Source: Lytechinus pictus (lineage: Eukaryota). Taken from it: DNA of 64,000 nucleotides. A program made the position numbers and the translations under genes. The notes below the pieces were generated by a model. It saw only the letters and a program-made list of their open reading frames with translations. It was not told where the DNA came from and searched no databases. Location of the stretch: contig NC_087250.1 in NCBI RefSeq assembly GCF_037042905.1, positions 18,974,001 to 19,038,000 on the forward strand, read 5' to 3'. Positions 26,206-36,911 of the stretch are shown here, piece after piece; position 1 is the first letter of the stretch, and every line of letters starts with the position of its first letter.

Positions 26206-26842
26206 TTGATTGATTGATAAAAATTTAACGACACTATCAACACATGCGTGTCATATAAGTGTCGGACAGTTAATCTGGAAAGGTTACTATAATACAGTAC
26301 AAATTACCCTAATGTAACTTTACAAAGGAACAGGATTATAAATAAGTGATTATCAGCAATAAATTAATATGTTAACTACTTCCCCGGGATAACTTCCCTA
26401 CTCTTTACGAAAAGAGGAGTAGGTTTTTTAACGTGCAAATGGTGTGACTCTCCCTTACACGGGACCGACGGCTTAGAGTCTCCTCCGAAAGACTAGACAA
26501 TTGGAATAAAATACCTTGCCCAAGGGTATACCTGTTGTGATTGGGAATCGAACAGTTTCCCACCTAAAATCTAATAAACAGATTGATCTCCTTTAGGAAA
26601 TTTACAATACATAATCGTGAAATATCTCTAAATAATATCTTAAGGTCAGGAACATCATAAAAGTTAGTACGAATATGTGCAAAATCAGCACATTCAATGA
26701 GGATGTGTTTTACTGTAAGTGTACAATTACATGATATGCATTGAGGTGGATTTTCTCCTGCAAATAAATATGCATGTGTTAAGTGAGAATGTCCAATACG
26801 AGCACGGGTCAATACAATGTCTTCCCGTCGTTTAGCTAATGG
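26206..26842 (-). mobile_element. 5'-truncated second copy of the LINE 3' end (~640 bp)
   Basis: Near-identical to 26843-27480 (ORF2 C-terminus, 3' UTR and tail), with scattered substitutions. Confidence 0.92.
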
Positions 26843-27201
26843 ATTGATTGATTGATAAAAATTTAACGACACTATCAACACATGCGTGTCATATAAGTGT
26901 CGGACGGTTAATCTAGAAAGGTTACTATAATACAGTACAAATTACACCAATGCAACTTTACAAAGGAACAGGATTATAAATTAGTAATTATCAGTAGTAA
27001 ATTAATATGTTAACTACTTCCCCGGGATAACTTCCCTACTCTTTACGAAAAGAGGAGTAGGTTTTTTAACGTGCAAATGGTGTGACTCTCCCTTACACGG
27101 GACCGACGGCTTAGAGTCTCCTCCGAAAGACTAGACAATTGGAATAAAATACCTTGCCCAAGGGTATACCTGTTGTGATTGGGAATCGAACAGTTTCCCA
27201 C

Positions 27202-30200
27202 CTAAAATCTAATAAACAGATTGATCTCCTTTAGGAAATTAACAATACATAGTCGTGAAATATCTCTAAATAATGTCTTAAGGTCAGGAACATCATAAAA
27301 GTTAGTACGAATATGTGCAAAATCAGCACATTCAATGAGGATGTGTTTTACTGTAAGTGTACAATTACATGATATGCATTGAGGTGGATTTTCTCCTGCA
27401 AATAAATATGCATGTGTCAAGTGAGAATGTCCAATACGAGCACGGGTCAATACAATGTCTTCCCGTCGTTTAGCTAATGGAAGAGTATTTTGTGATTCAA
27501 GACTTGGTTGGTGTTGATGGAGTTTATTATTAGGATTTAGATCCCATGATGTTTGCCATTTATTTCTAATATAAGTATTAACCTTTGATTTTAGATCAGT
27601 GTAAGGTATCTGTATTTCTGTTATATCCAGATCTAAAGCTTCTTTAGCTAACTTATCAGCTTTTTCATTACCTTGAATACCTGTATGGCTTGGTATCCAA
27701 ACAAATATTATTCGTTTACCTAGTGTATTGAGTTTATACAGAATTTCCAATAACTGAACAATATAAGGATGTTTATGATTTCTATTTTGTAATGCCGTTA
27801 AAGAAGACAAAGAATCTGTATAAATAACAAAAAGTCTACCGACACAGTTTTCTACAACACCTAAAGCCATTTTCAAAGCTAATAACTCAGCAGTATATAT
27901 GGAAGAACTATCTGGCAATCTAACTTGTCTTTGTATAGGACCACTGATACAAGCCGCACCTACTTTATTCTGGTGTTTTGATCCATCTGTATAGATTGCA
28001 CGATAATTACTATATTTATGTCTTATTTCTCCAAATTTATTTAGGAAAACTAAATCACTTGTAAAACCCTTTTTATATGTTCTTAGTGTAAAATCAATTA
28101 CTGGTTCAGCAATCATCCATGGTGGAATATTAGATATCAAGGAAGGAGCTACGTTAGTAGCATCCAGTATATGTGTTAAAGCTTCTTTAGTACGTAAACC
28201 AAAGGTTTTGATGGCTGATGGTTTACTAGTATAAAAATTAATATATCGTGGCGTGAATGTACAATCATATGTCGGATTATGAGAGTTATTTTTTAACTTT
28301 ATCGCATAGTGTAAAGAGAGTTTTTCGTATCTTAGATGTAAGGGGGGTTCATTAGCCTCCACATAAAGACTCTCCATAGGAGATGTACGAAATGCTCCTA
28401 GACAAAGTCGAAGTCCTTGATTCTGTATGGGTTTCAATTTTTCAAGATATGACTTTCGGGCGGAACTATAAACTGCACTGCCATAATCAAGCTTAGATCT
28501 AACTAAAGATCTATATAAACGGAGAAGGACAATGCGATCAGCACCCCAATCCAATTTGGACACAACCTTCAAAAGATTTAAAGCTTTATGACACTTTTGT
28601 CTTACATAATCAATATGAGCTTTAAAATTGAATTTATTATCAAAGATTAAGCCTAGGTATTTAGTTTGTTGAACTACAGGAATGATAGAGCCATTTATTC
28701 TAACTTTAGGATCTGGATGTACTGATCGTTTAGTACAAAAATGTACACAAACTGTCTTGGTTTTTGAAAAGCGGAAACCATTCTCATCTGCCCACCTTTC
28801 AATTCTATTTAGACAATTTTGTAATACTGTTTCAATGGTCGACATACTTTGTGACGAACAAGAAATACAAAAGTCGTCCACAAACAAGGACTTATCAAAC
28901 CTAGGGTTTACAACGTCAACAATGCTATTGATCTTCAATAAGAACAAAGTAACAGAAAGTATGCTACCTTGAGGAACACCCATTTCCTGATTGTGTAATT
29001 CTGAAAAAGTTGACCCAAGGCGGACTCGAAACACACGATTCGAAAGAAAATTCTGAATGAAAATGGGCAACCTGCCCCTCAACCCAAGATTGAAAAGGTC
29101 TCTCATAATTCCATACTTCCAAGTAGTATCATAGGCCTTTTCAAGATCAAAAAAGACAGATACCACATGGTGACCTCGAATAATGCCATCACGAATGAAA
29201 GATTCAAGTCGAATAAGTTGATCAACAGTGCTTCGATTATGACGAAAACCACTTTGAAACTTTGAAATCAAACCACGCTTCTCCAAGAACCAAACTAATC
29301 GGGCATTAATCATTCTTTCCATGGTTTTACAAAGACAACTAGTCAAAGAGATGGGACGATAATTCGTAGGCTTAGATGTGTCCTTACCAGGTTTCGGAAT
29401 AGGAATAATGATAGCTTCCCGCCACGAATCTGGGAAGTCATCTGTTCTCCAAATTTTGTTAAATATATCTAATAGAACTAAAAGAGATGCTTCTGGTAGA
29501 TGTTTTAAAAATTGATAATGAATTTCATCTGGACCAGTTGCAGTATCATGACATTTACCGAGTGAGTTTTTCAACTCAGAGATAGTAAATGGGTTATTAT
29601 AATCCTTTACATTATTTGATAAAAAATTGAGTTCCTGACTTTCTGCTTGATTTTTATAAATCTGAAATGTAGGAGAGTAATGATTAGATGATGAGTTATG
29701 TTCGAATTCCTCTGCCAGTAAATTAACAATATCTGTCCTTTCTGTACATTTATCACCATCCGATTTAGTTAAATACGATACAGAATTACTCAGATGTTTT
29801 CCACATATTTTCCTCACCATTTCCCACACTTTATTAATGGGAGTATGAATATTCAGTTTAGAAACATAATTTTTCCAAGATTGACGTTTATTTTTCTTGA
29901 TAATATTGCGTGTCTTTGCTCTTGTTTCTCGATATTTTCGCAAATTGTTATTATTTGGGTATTTTTTAAATTTCCTTAAGGCCTTTTTACGACATTTAAC
30001 AGCTTCTTTACATTCAGCATTAAACCAAGGATTATGTTTACGATGAGAAGAACCAGATTTTGGTATCGTATTGGTAGCTATATCAAGTAATGTATGAGAA
30101 AACAAAGCAAGAGGATCCTCTGTATCCTGAAAATTATCATTGTTAATATTTAATGAACACTGATTTGAGAAAGCATCCCAATTTGCTTTGTGAAGTTGCC

Positions 30201-30903
30201 ATTTAGGAACTTTTTCCTCTGGCAAAGGTCTTACAATTTCAATAAGAATAGGGAAGTGATCGCTACCACATTGTTCACTATGGACTTTCCATTGGAAATC
30301 CATAAAAATATTAGGTGAACAAATAGATATATCGATAGCCGTCATGGAACCAGAAGCTGGATGAAGATATGTAGGAGAATCATCATTTAAAAGACATAAA
30401 TCAAAATGTTCAAGCATTAGCTCAACAATATTACCTAATCTATTTGAGTTCTGACAGCCCCAAAGGGAACTGTGAGCATTAAAATCCCCTACTAACAAAA
30501 AAGGTACAGGAAGCTGGTTAACTAGTCTAACTAATTCAGCTTCTGAAAGCTCATGTCTAGGTGGAATATATATGGAACATATTGTAAAAGTGCAGTGGAG
30601 GGTTATCTTAGCTGCAACAGCTTGTAGATTAGTATGAAGTTCAAGAGCTTCATGTGGAACTCCTTTCTTAATCAATATTGATGAACCTCCAATAGGTCTA
30701 CCATCTATCAAAGAAGTACTAGTTTTATTAAACATATCATAACCCCTAAATGAAATATTATCTGAATCTCTCAAAAATGTTTCTTGTAAACACATAACAT
30801 ATGGATTATGATTAATTAAAAGACATTTGATTTCCTCATAATTAGGTTTTACTCCTCGACAGTTCCATTGAACAACGGCTTTTTCCTTCCCATTATAATA
30901 CAT
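27202..30903 (-). CDS. LINE ORF2: APE endonuclease, reverse transcriptase, RNase H and C-terminal zinc finger (1233 aa)
   Basis: QWNCRG, LQET, GDFNAH and SDHFP (APE); DLEKAYD, GVPQGSILS and FVDD (RT); YTDGS, AEL, TDS and HTGIQGNEKAD (RNase H); CISC...H...C. Confidence 0.96.
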   Translation of the reverse strand: MYYNGKEKAVVQWNCRGVKPNYEEIKCLLINHNPYVMCLQETFLRDSDNISFRGYDMFNKTSTSLIDGRPIGGSSILIKKGVPHEALELHTNLQAVAAKITLHCTFTICSIYIPPRHELSEAELVRLVNQLPVPFLLVGDFNAHSSLWGCQNSNRLGNIVELMLEHFDLCLLNDDSPTYLHPASGSMTAIDISICSPNIFMDFQWKVHSEQCGSDHFPILIEIVRPLPEEKVPKWQLHKANWDAFSNQCSLNINNDNFQDTEDPLALFSHTLLDIATNTIPKSGSSHRKHNPWFNAECKEAVKCRKKALRKFKKYPNNNNLRKYRETRAKTRNIIKKNKRQSWKNYVSKLNIHTPINKVWEMVRKICGKHLSNSVSYLTKSDGDKCTERTDIVNLLAEEFEHNSSSNHYSPTFQIYKNQAESQELNFLSNNVKDYNNPFTISELKNSLGKCHDTATGPDEIHYQFLKHLPEASLLVLLDIFNKIWRTDDFPDSWREAIIIPIPKPGKDTSKPTNYRPISLTSCLCKTMERMINARLVWFLEKRGLISKFQSGFRHNRSTVDQLIRLESFIRDGIIRGHHVVSVFFDLEKAYDTTWKYGIMRDLFNLGLRGRLPIFIQNFLSNRVFRVRLGSTFSELHNQEMGVPQGSILSVTLFLLKINSIVDVVNPRFDKSLFVDDFCISCSSQSMSTIETVLQNCLNRIERWADENGFRFSKTKTVCVHFCTKRSVHPDPKVRINGSIIPVVQQTKYLGLIFDNKFNFKAHIDYVRQKCHKALNLLKVVSKLDWGADRIVLLRLYRSLVRSKLDYGSAVYSSARKSYLEKLKPIQNQGLRLCLGAFRTSPMESLYVEANEPPLHLRYEKLSLHYAIKLKNNSHNPTYDCTFTPRYINFYTSKPSAIKTFGLRTKEALTHILDATNVAPSLISNIPPWMIAEPVIDFTLRTYKKGFTSDLVFLNKFGEIRHKYSNYRAIYTDGSKHQNKVGAACISGPIQRQVRLPDSSSIYTAELLALKMALGVVENCVGRLFVIYTDSLSSLTALQNRNHKHPYIVQLLEILYKLNTLGKRIIFVWIPSHTGIQGNEKADKLAKEALDLDITEIQIPYTDLKSKVNTYIRNKWQTSWDLNPNNKLHQHQPSLESQNTLPLAKRREDIVLTRARIGHSHLTHAYLFAGENPPQCISCNCTLTVKHILIECADFAHIRTNFYDVPDLKTLFRDISRLCIVNFLKEINLFIRF

Positions 30904-32187
30904 TTACGTATTATCTAATTTTTGAACCAATTTAATTTTAGAGGAGGGTTGATGAATTGGAGAAATATCCATATCATCATCTCTCTCAATTGATAATACA
31001 TCATATTTATTTTTAGTTACTACTGAGTCAGTTAACTTTGGTTTTGATACATTTATCTGAGGTTTACTTTTCACTTTAGTTGATGGTTTTTTAGTTTCTT
31101 GATTACTTGAAGTATTTCTAGTGGGAGGATCCCGTGAGAGACTTCGACTTCGGCGACCATCCTTAGTCTTAGTCTGCCCCTTCTTCTGTTGATCTTGTTT
31201 TTTAGTTTGAGATTTAGGTTTCTCTGTATTTGTTGCTTTATTATTTTCGAGAGTCACAGGGAAATCACCATTTAACCAAGTTATGTCAGTTTGGGTAGTA
31301 GCTGTAGCCTTAGGCTGTTGAGTTACTTTAGATTGTTGATTAGTTCCTCCAGTACTTTGTTTGGCCTTATCTGCGTATGAACAACTTTGAGTATGTTGTG
31401 TTTGATACAGCTTCCGTGCTTCAGGATAGGATAGGTTACCCAAAGCTTTCAATTCTTGGATTCTTTTCTCCTCGATCCACTTTGGACACGACCGAGAATT
31501 AGCAGGATGACTGCCACCACAGTTAGTACACTTTGATGGAACTTGGCAGGAAGAGCCAGTATGATCATCCTTGCCACAATTCTCACAACACTCATTCAGT
31601 TGACAATAGCTTCTGAAATGGCCAAATTTTTGGCACTTGAAGCATCGAATGGGGTTTGGGATGTAAATATCCACCTTTACTCGCAAATAGCCAACCTTGA
31701 TATATGGAGGAATGGTAGATCTGTTAAAAGTTAGAAACAAGGTATTGGTTGGTTTCTTAATTCCATTCTGATTGACTGTTATTCTATGGACATCGATTAC
31801 TTGCTGATCAGCAAGTTCCTCAAGAATTTCATCATCGTCGCAGTCTCTAAGTTCAGGGCAGCGAACTACACCTTTACACGAGTTTAAGGTCTTATGTGGT
31901 GAGACTTTAATAGGAATATTGACAAATTTGTCGGTCTTGAGTAAATTACTCGCCTGACCAGCTCTCTCGACTTCCACCAGAATATCACCTGATCTTAACC
32001 TTTTGATTGATTTCACAGGTCCAGCTAATGACTCGACACCTTTATTTATAGCAAATGGCGATAGTTTGAGTGGTTTATTTGGATCACTACCCTGAATGAC
32101 CAGAAAACGTGGGAAGTTAACTGGCTCAGTACCATCATTGGAATTACTTCTACTCCGCTTATTGGATTGTTTGTTGAAATTAGCCAT
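30904..32187 (-). CDS. LINE ORF1, gag-like nucleic-acid-binding protein (427 aa)
   Basis: Three zinc knuckles: CFKCQKFGHFRSYC, CENCGKDDHTGSSC and CTNCGGSHPANSRSC. Confidence 0.92.
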   Translation of the reverse strand: MANFNKQSNKRSRSNSNDGTEPVNFPRFLVIQGSDPNKPLKLSPFAINKGVESLAGPVKSIKRLRSGDILVEVERAGQASNLLKTDKFVNIPIKVSPHKTLNSCKGVVRCPELRDCDDDEILEELADQQVIDVHRITVNQNGIKKPTNTLFLTFNRSTIPPYIKVGYLRVKVDIYIPNPIRCFKCQKFGHFRSYCQLNECCENCGKDDHTGSSCQVPSKCTNCGGSHPANSRSCPKWIEEKRIQELKALGNLSYPEARKLYQTQHTQSCSYADKAKQSTGGTNQQSKVTQQPKATATTQTDITWLNGDFPVTLENNKATNTEKPKSQTKKQDQQKKGQTKTKDGRRSRSLSRDPPTRNTSSNQETKKPSTKVKSKPQINVSKPKLTDSVVTKNKYDVLSIERDDDMDISPIHQPSSKIKLVQKLDNT

Positions 32188-35100
32188 ACTACTCTTTTTT
32201 TAATTCAGCACCATTGCTCCCCACCCACCATCGGAGTCCAACAAGGGGACGTCATATATATATATAAGGATAATCACTTATACTGACGCCAGAGATACAG
32301 CAGTGCTATACTCAGAGCAAACCAAAATCCACCCTGATTGACCTGTTTAAGCAGTTGCCTTCTAAGATACTATACCAAAGTAAATTGAAAGTAGTGTCAA
32401 AAGAATCCAAGTTCAAACTATCACATCGCTTGAGATCAAACAGCACAGAACCCAAAAATACACATCGAAGAGACAACAAGAAATAAACCAGTTAAAATAG
32501 CATCTTAGGGCTGAACATCACCAGCCGATTGATTTTAACCAGGCCTATAAAACCTCCCGACTAGGAGAATCCAGGGCCAAAATGACGTGTTGTTTCAGGA
32601 GGACCGCAGTCACACCATCCACTCAATCATCAGGATCCCCTTCTCCCCCAACACGGGTCGCAGTCCACGGCAAACAGACTGTCTCTTTTAGTCGCCTCTT
32701 ACGACATGCAGAGAATACAGCGGGCCTATTCTCTAATCCCCGAACCCGCAGGGGATAGAATAAATAATGAAAACAAAAATATTGAAGGTTTGAGGGAATT
32801 TCATCAAATATTTAAAAAGATATTGGAATTTCATTTGGTGTATTTGTGACGTCAGATGCAAGCAGTTCCCCCATATTTCTTATAGTACAAAAATCAGTGA
32901 AATGTAGCCTCCTAAAAAAAGTGAAAATGTTTTTTTATTGGACCTTCAGTATATCAACAATCAAATCATTTCACACCTGTTCCAGAAAGAAAAAAAAATT
33001 ACCCATGATGAACCATTTATGCATTTTATATCACACAACATAATGGGGCAGCTGCTCGTACAGTATATGACGTCACAAATCAAAAACTTGACATTCTAAT
33101 AACTTTGATGGATCCACCAATATCTTTTTTATATCATGTTTTCTTTTGTTTTTACAACAAACTTTTCTCCGGGGTGAACTCCCCTTTTTAAGGGATAGAG
33201 CAACGTCTGATGTGGCGCTGCTCAGTTGCTGCCGGGCTCACGATCTACATGTAAAGGGTATGGGCAAAATAAATTTTCGGAGCATTTCTGTTACTGAATT
33301 CTATTTTGAACGATAAAATATGTATTATTATCATCCGTCATTAATATTAATTTCATCATCATCATCATACCACTATATAACCATCAGTACTTCAAGTCTG
33401 GAGCAGTTTTCTTCATGTCGATTTGTAATAAAATATTGCAATTATTGGAGCAATATTCCAAAACCAGCAGGCCAAAAACCTGCCTGTATGTCTAAAATGC
33501 AGTGCCTCAAATTATGAAAATGATTTTAATGAATTTTCATGACAGTCGATCCTCTTTAGATTTCAAGATGGTGGCTATTTTGCAGCATATCTATTGGACA
33601 GATTACTGGGTGAATTTTTATTATCTCTTACGTGATACTAGATAAAGTGATTTTTTTTCGATGATCTTTTTTCATGGCAGCCATCTTGCCTTTAAAGATG
33701 GCTGACATTTTCCTTCTGACTCGGGATCAGATCGCTGAGGGCCTACAATTTTTGAAATAAACACCCCGCACTCTGTCGATATGTCAAAGTGCAATACTGC
33801 AGATCATATAAAACTCAAAGAAATAATTTACAGCCTCTCAACAGAAAATGATTGTTCCGGATGGTTATTATTCAACCAAAGCCACTTCAAATGTGTAACT
33901 GCAGAAGAAGCTAGCTGGTTTGTGTATTTATGGTGCTTCATACTTACGTTACATCTATATCAGCAATCAAGGGAGCAAAAGTATTATAATCTTTGCAACG
34001 GACAAAGATGTGGTTTGTGTTGGATTTGTTTTCAGTGCCATTACAATGGGTTTTACTCACCATTATAATGTTGTACACCATTCAAACTTGGTAACCATAT
34101 TGGAGAATTCAAAATAACATCCATTTATTATGTTTTTTTCATTGATCAAGGATGCAAAGATCAAGTTTTTCTCCAAATTCAAAGTGTTACAGGCCATTCG
34201 TAAGACTTGAGCAAATTATCTTTCATGGCGGCCATCTTGGATTTTAAGATGGCGGCGATTTTGACGCTGACCTGGAGGTCAAATTGCTGGGGGCCGGCAA
34301 TATTTGAAATCAGTGCCTCAAAATACCCCTATATGCCAAATTTCAGTGTCACATATCATTTAAAAGTCAAGAAAATTACATTTAATGATTTTTCATGGCG
34401 GCCATCTTGGATTTCAAGATGGCGGCCATTTTGCCGCCGACAAAATGGTCAAATTGCTGGGGGCCGGCAATATTTGAAATCAGTGCCTCAAAATACCCCT
34501 TTATGCCAAATTTCAGTGTCACACGTCATGTAAAACTCAAGAAAAAGACATTTAATGATTTTTCATGGCGGCCATCTTGGATTTCAAAATGGCGTCCGAC
34601 CCGCTGGTCAAATCACTTGGGGCCAGCAATATTTGAAATCCGCACCCCAAATTAAGCCTATATGCTAAATTTCAATACCGCAGTTCATATAAAACTCGAG
34701 AAAATTATTGCAATAATATATCATGGCGGCCATCTTGGATTTCAATATGGCGGCCATTTTGCCGCCGTCCAAATGGTCAAATTGCTGAGCGCCGGCAATA
34801 TTTGAAATCAGTGCCTCAAAATACCCCTATATGCCAAATTTCAGTGTCACATGCCATGTAAAAACTGATTTTTCATGGCGGCCATTTTGGATTTCAAAAT
34901 GGCGACCAACCCGATGGTCAAATCGCTTGGGGCCGGCAATTTTTTTAATCAGCGCCCCAAAATACCCCTGTATGCCAAATTTCACACTTTCTGCCAGATT
35001 CGAGCATCTTTTTCACATATCTACTGGACTACTACCCCTCTTTAATTGAGTTTTCAAAATCAAACACAATTGGAAGATACATTTTTTGGGGACTTTCCCT

Positions 35101-36378
35101 GGTGTTATGGTTTGGGTTGCAAAACAAAATACACAATGCAGTTCAAAATTAGGTTGATCATGAGCCAGAATTACTATTTGTATAGGTTTATATTGACACA
35201 ACTGAATGCATTTACAGCGACAGAGAAAAGGGGAGAGATACACGCAAAAAATACACGTGCGCATTACATGTACGGCGAGTGAGGGGCGCGCATGCACAGA
35301 CATACACACACGACACACACCCTCACAGCGAGGGAAAGAAAGAACAGAGGGAGAGACAAAGGAGGCAATAGAGGGAGAAAGAGTGGGGGGAGAGAGAGAG
35401 AGAGAGGGAGATAAGGGAGGTGGTACAAATGATAATCGTGTACAGTTTTTGGTTTTTACCCACTATTGACGAATCGATGTTCCCAGCAGCGCCTTTGTAA
35501 CTTGCACTAATCTTGCAAAAATAAATTAATTTCTGTCACAGGAGAGTCACAGAGAAACTCGCCATATCGCTCTTGAGAAAACATTTAGACTTTTGAAAGG
35601 TATGTTGCTTTTAATCTTTTCATCTTTATAGCCTCTTAATAGCATCTTCAGCTCTAGCTTTAACAGGTATGATACTGAAGAGCTCTTAATCGTGTTGTTT
35701 AAAGGACAAGTCCACCCCAACAAAAGGTTGATTTGAATAAAAAGAGAAAAGTCCAACAAGTACAACATTGGAAATTTTATCATAATCGGATGTAAAATAA
35801 GGAAGTTATGACATTTTAAAGTTTCGCTTATTTTTCACAAAACAGTTATACTGCACATCCTTGTCGGTATGCAAATGAGGAGACTGATGCAGTTAAGTAT
35901 TATTAACTGAAAATGTAAGTGTCTTTGCATTAATTTGATTTTTTTAATCTGTGATAAACACTTTAAAAAATCAAGTAATTTTTGCTTAACTCAATTAAGT
36001 AAATTAAATTCTAATCAAGTAAACATATTTAAATTACTTAAAAGAAAACATGTTGGATGGACTTATATAACTTTATGTATTATACAACATGTACAGGTAT
36101 ATCATATTACATTTCATTGTATAACAATATGTATTATATTTCGCATTTTTTTATTATATTAAATAACATTTCAACACAAAAGTTGATTAATTAAGAATTC
36201 ATATATTACTTTTTCTTGAAGAATATAAGAGTTTTTCAAATATCAGATCTTTAATAAGTTTATTGGCCCTGACGAAGAGTGAATTTTCCTTTCCTTTTTG
36301 ACAGCTACGCTCCTTTTAAAATTCTACTATCTTTTTTCTACTGCATTTGACTAAACCAATTGTGATTATTTTATACAT

Positions 36379-36383
<5 letters not shown>

Positions 36384-36434
<51 letters not shown>

Positions 36435-36437
36435 ATA
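36384..36437. repeat. (TA)n microsatellite
   Basis: Directly visible. Confidence 0.92.
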
Positions 36438-36839
36438 AAATAGAAATAGTCTGCTTCGGCATAAGGAATAAAATAATCACAAAAGGTTTAGTAAATGCCG
36501 TAAATATAAAATCGTAGATTTTAAAAGGAGCATAGCTCTCAAAAATGAAAGGTAAAGTCACACTCTTCGTCAGTGCCCATGATGTGACAAAAAAAGAGAA
36601 TTCAAAATCCGTTTCTGAAACAGTCGTGAAAAACACGTCTGTTCATGAGCATACGGATTGTGAAACTCACCTTTCAAAGAAATCAATGCGCTGAAGATAT
36701 ATATACATATATGGCTTGGCGGCTTGTCATTGTTCTAAGCCCACCTACACCCGACAAAAAAAAATTATAAATGGTTTAGTGTCGAAAATCTGTCTATCTG
36801 ACGGTCAATTGGATCGGGGTCGACCCTAGCCACTAACCC

Positions 36840-36911
36840 GTCTCTGTTGTCTAGTGGTTAAGGCACCGGCGTTCAAAGCTGGGGGCACGGGTTCGATTCC
36901 CGGCAGAGACA
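36840..36911 (+). tRNA. tRNA-like gene or tRNA-derived repeat, anticodon TCA
   Basis: GTCTCTG/CAGAGAC acceptor stem, GTCT/AGGC D stem, CCGGC-GTTCAAA-GCTGG anticodon arm, 4-nt variable loop, ACGGG-TTCGATT-CCCGG T arm (one mismatch), followed by T7. Confidence 0.55.

Larger units (their letters stand above)
26206..32756 (-). mobile_element. Full-length I-group (Nimb-like) non-LTR retrotransposon with a tandem extra 3' copy
   Basis: Two intact ORFs, a (TCAA)n tail, and a 14-bp TSD agaataaataatga at 26192-26205 and 32757-32770. Confidence 0.93.
26146..33191. mobile_element. Kolobok-type MITE split by the LINE
   Basis: Left end ttaa-aggggaagttcaccctgac at 26146 and right end gggtgaactcccctt-ttaa at 33191; same family as 962-1379. 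Confidence 0.8.
26025..33250 (+). mobile_element. tRNA-derived SINE split at a TTAA by the Kolobok-type MITE (parts ~26025-26145 and ~33192-33250)
   Basis: Degenerate A/B boxes (gggtggt...gagttcaagctc) followed by a body that appears to continue after the MITE's right TTAA. Confidence 0.45.
23830..35040. mobile_element. Large foldback-like element with long modular inverted arms (hosts the SINE/MITE/LINE nest)
   Basis: 23860-24880 and 33480-35010 are inverted copies built from units containing caagatggccgccat and aaatttggcat; the exact termini are unclear. Confidence 0.65.

Noticed and set aside
32583..32640. CTGATGA...GAAAC...GTC hammerhead-like boxes in the LINE 5' UTR (minus strand)
   Set aside because: Stem II lacks a closing pair and stem I cannot form next to the cleavage site.
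36840..36911. Selenocysteine tRNA
   Set aside because: 72 nt with a 4-nt variable loop and a 7/5 fold, unlike tRNA-Sec.
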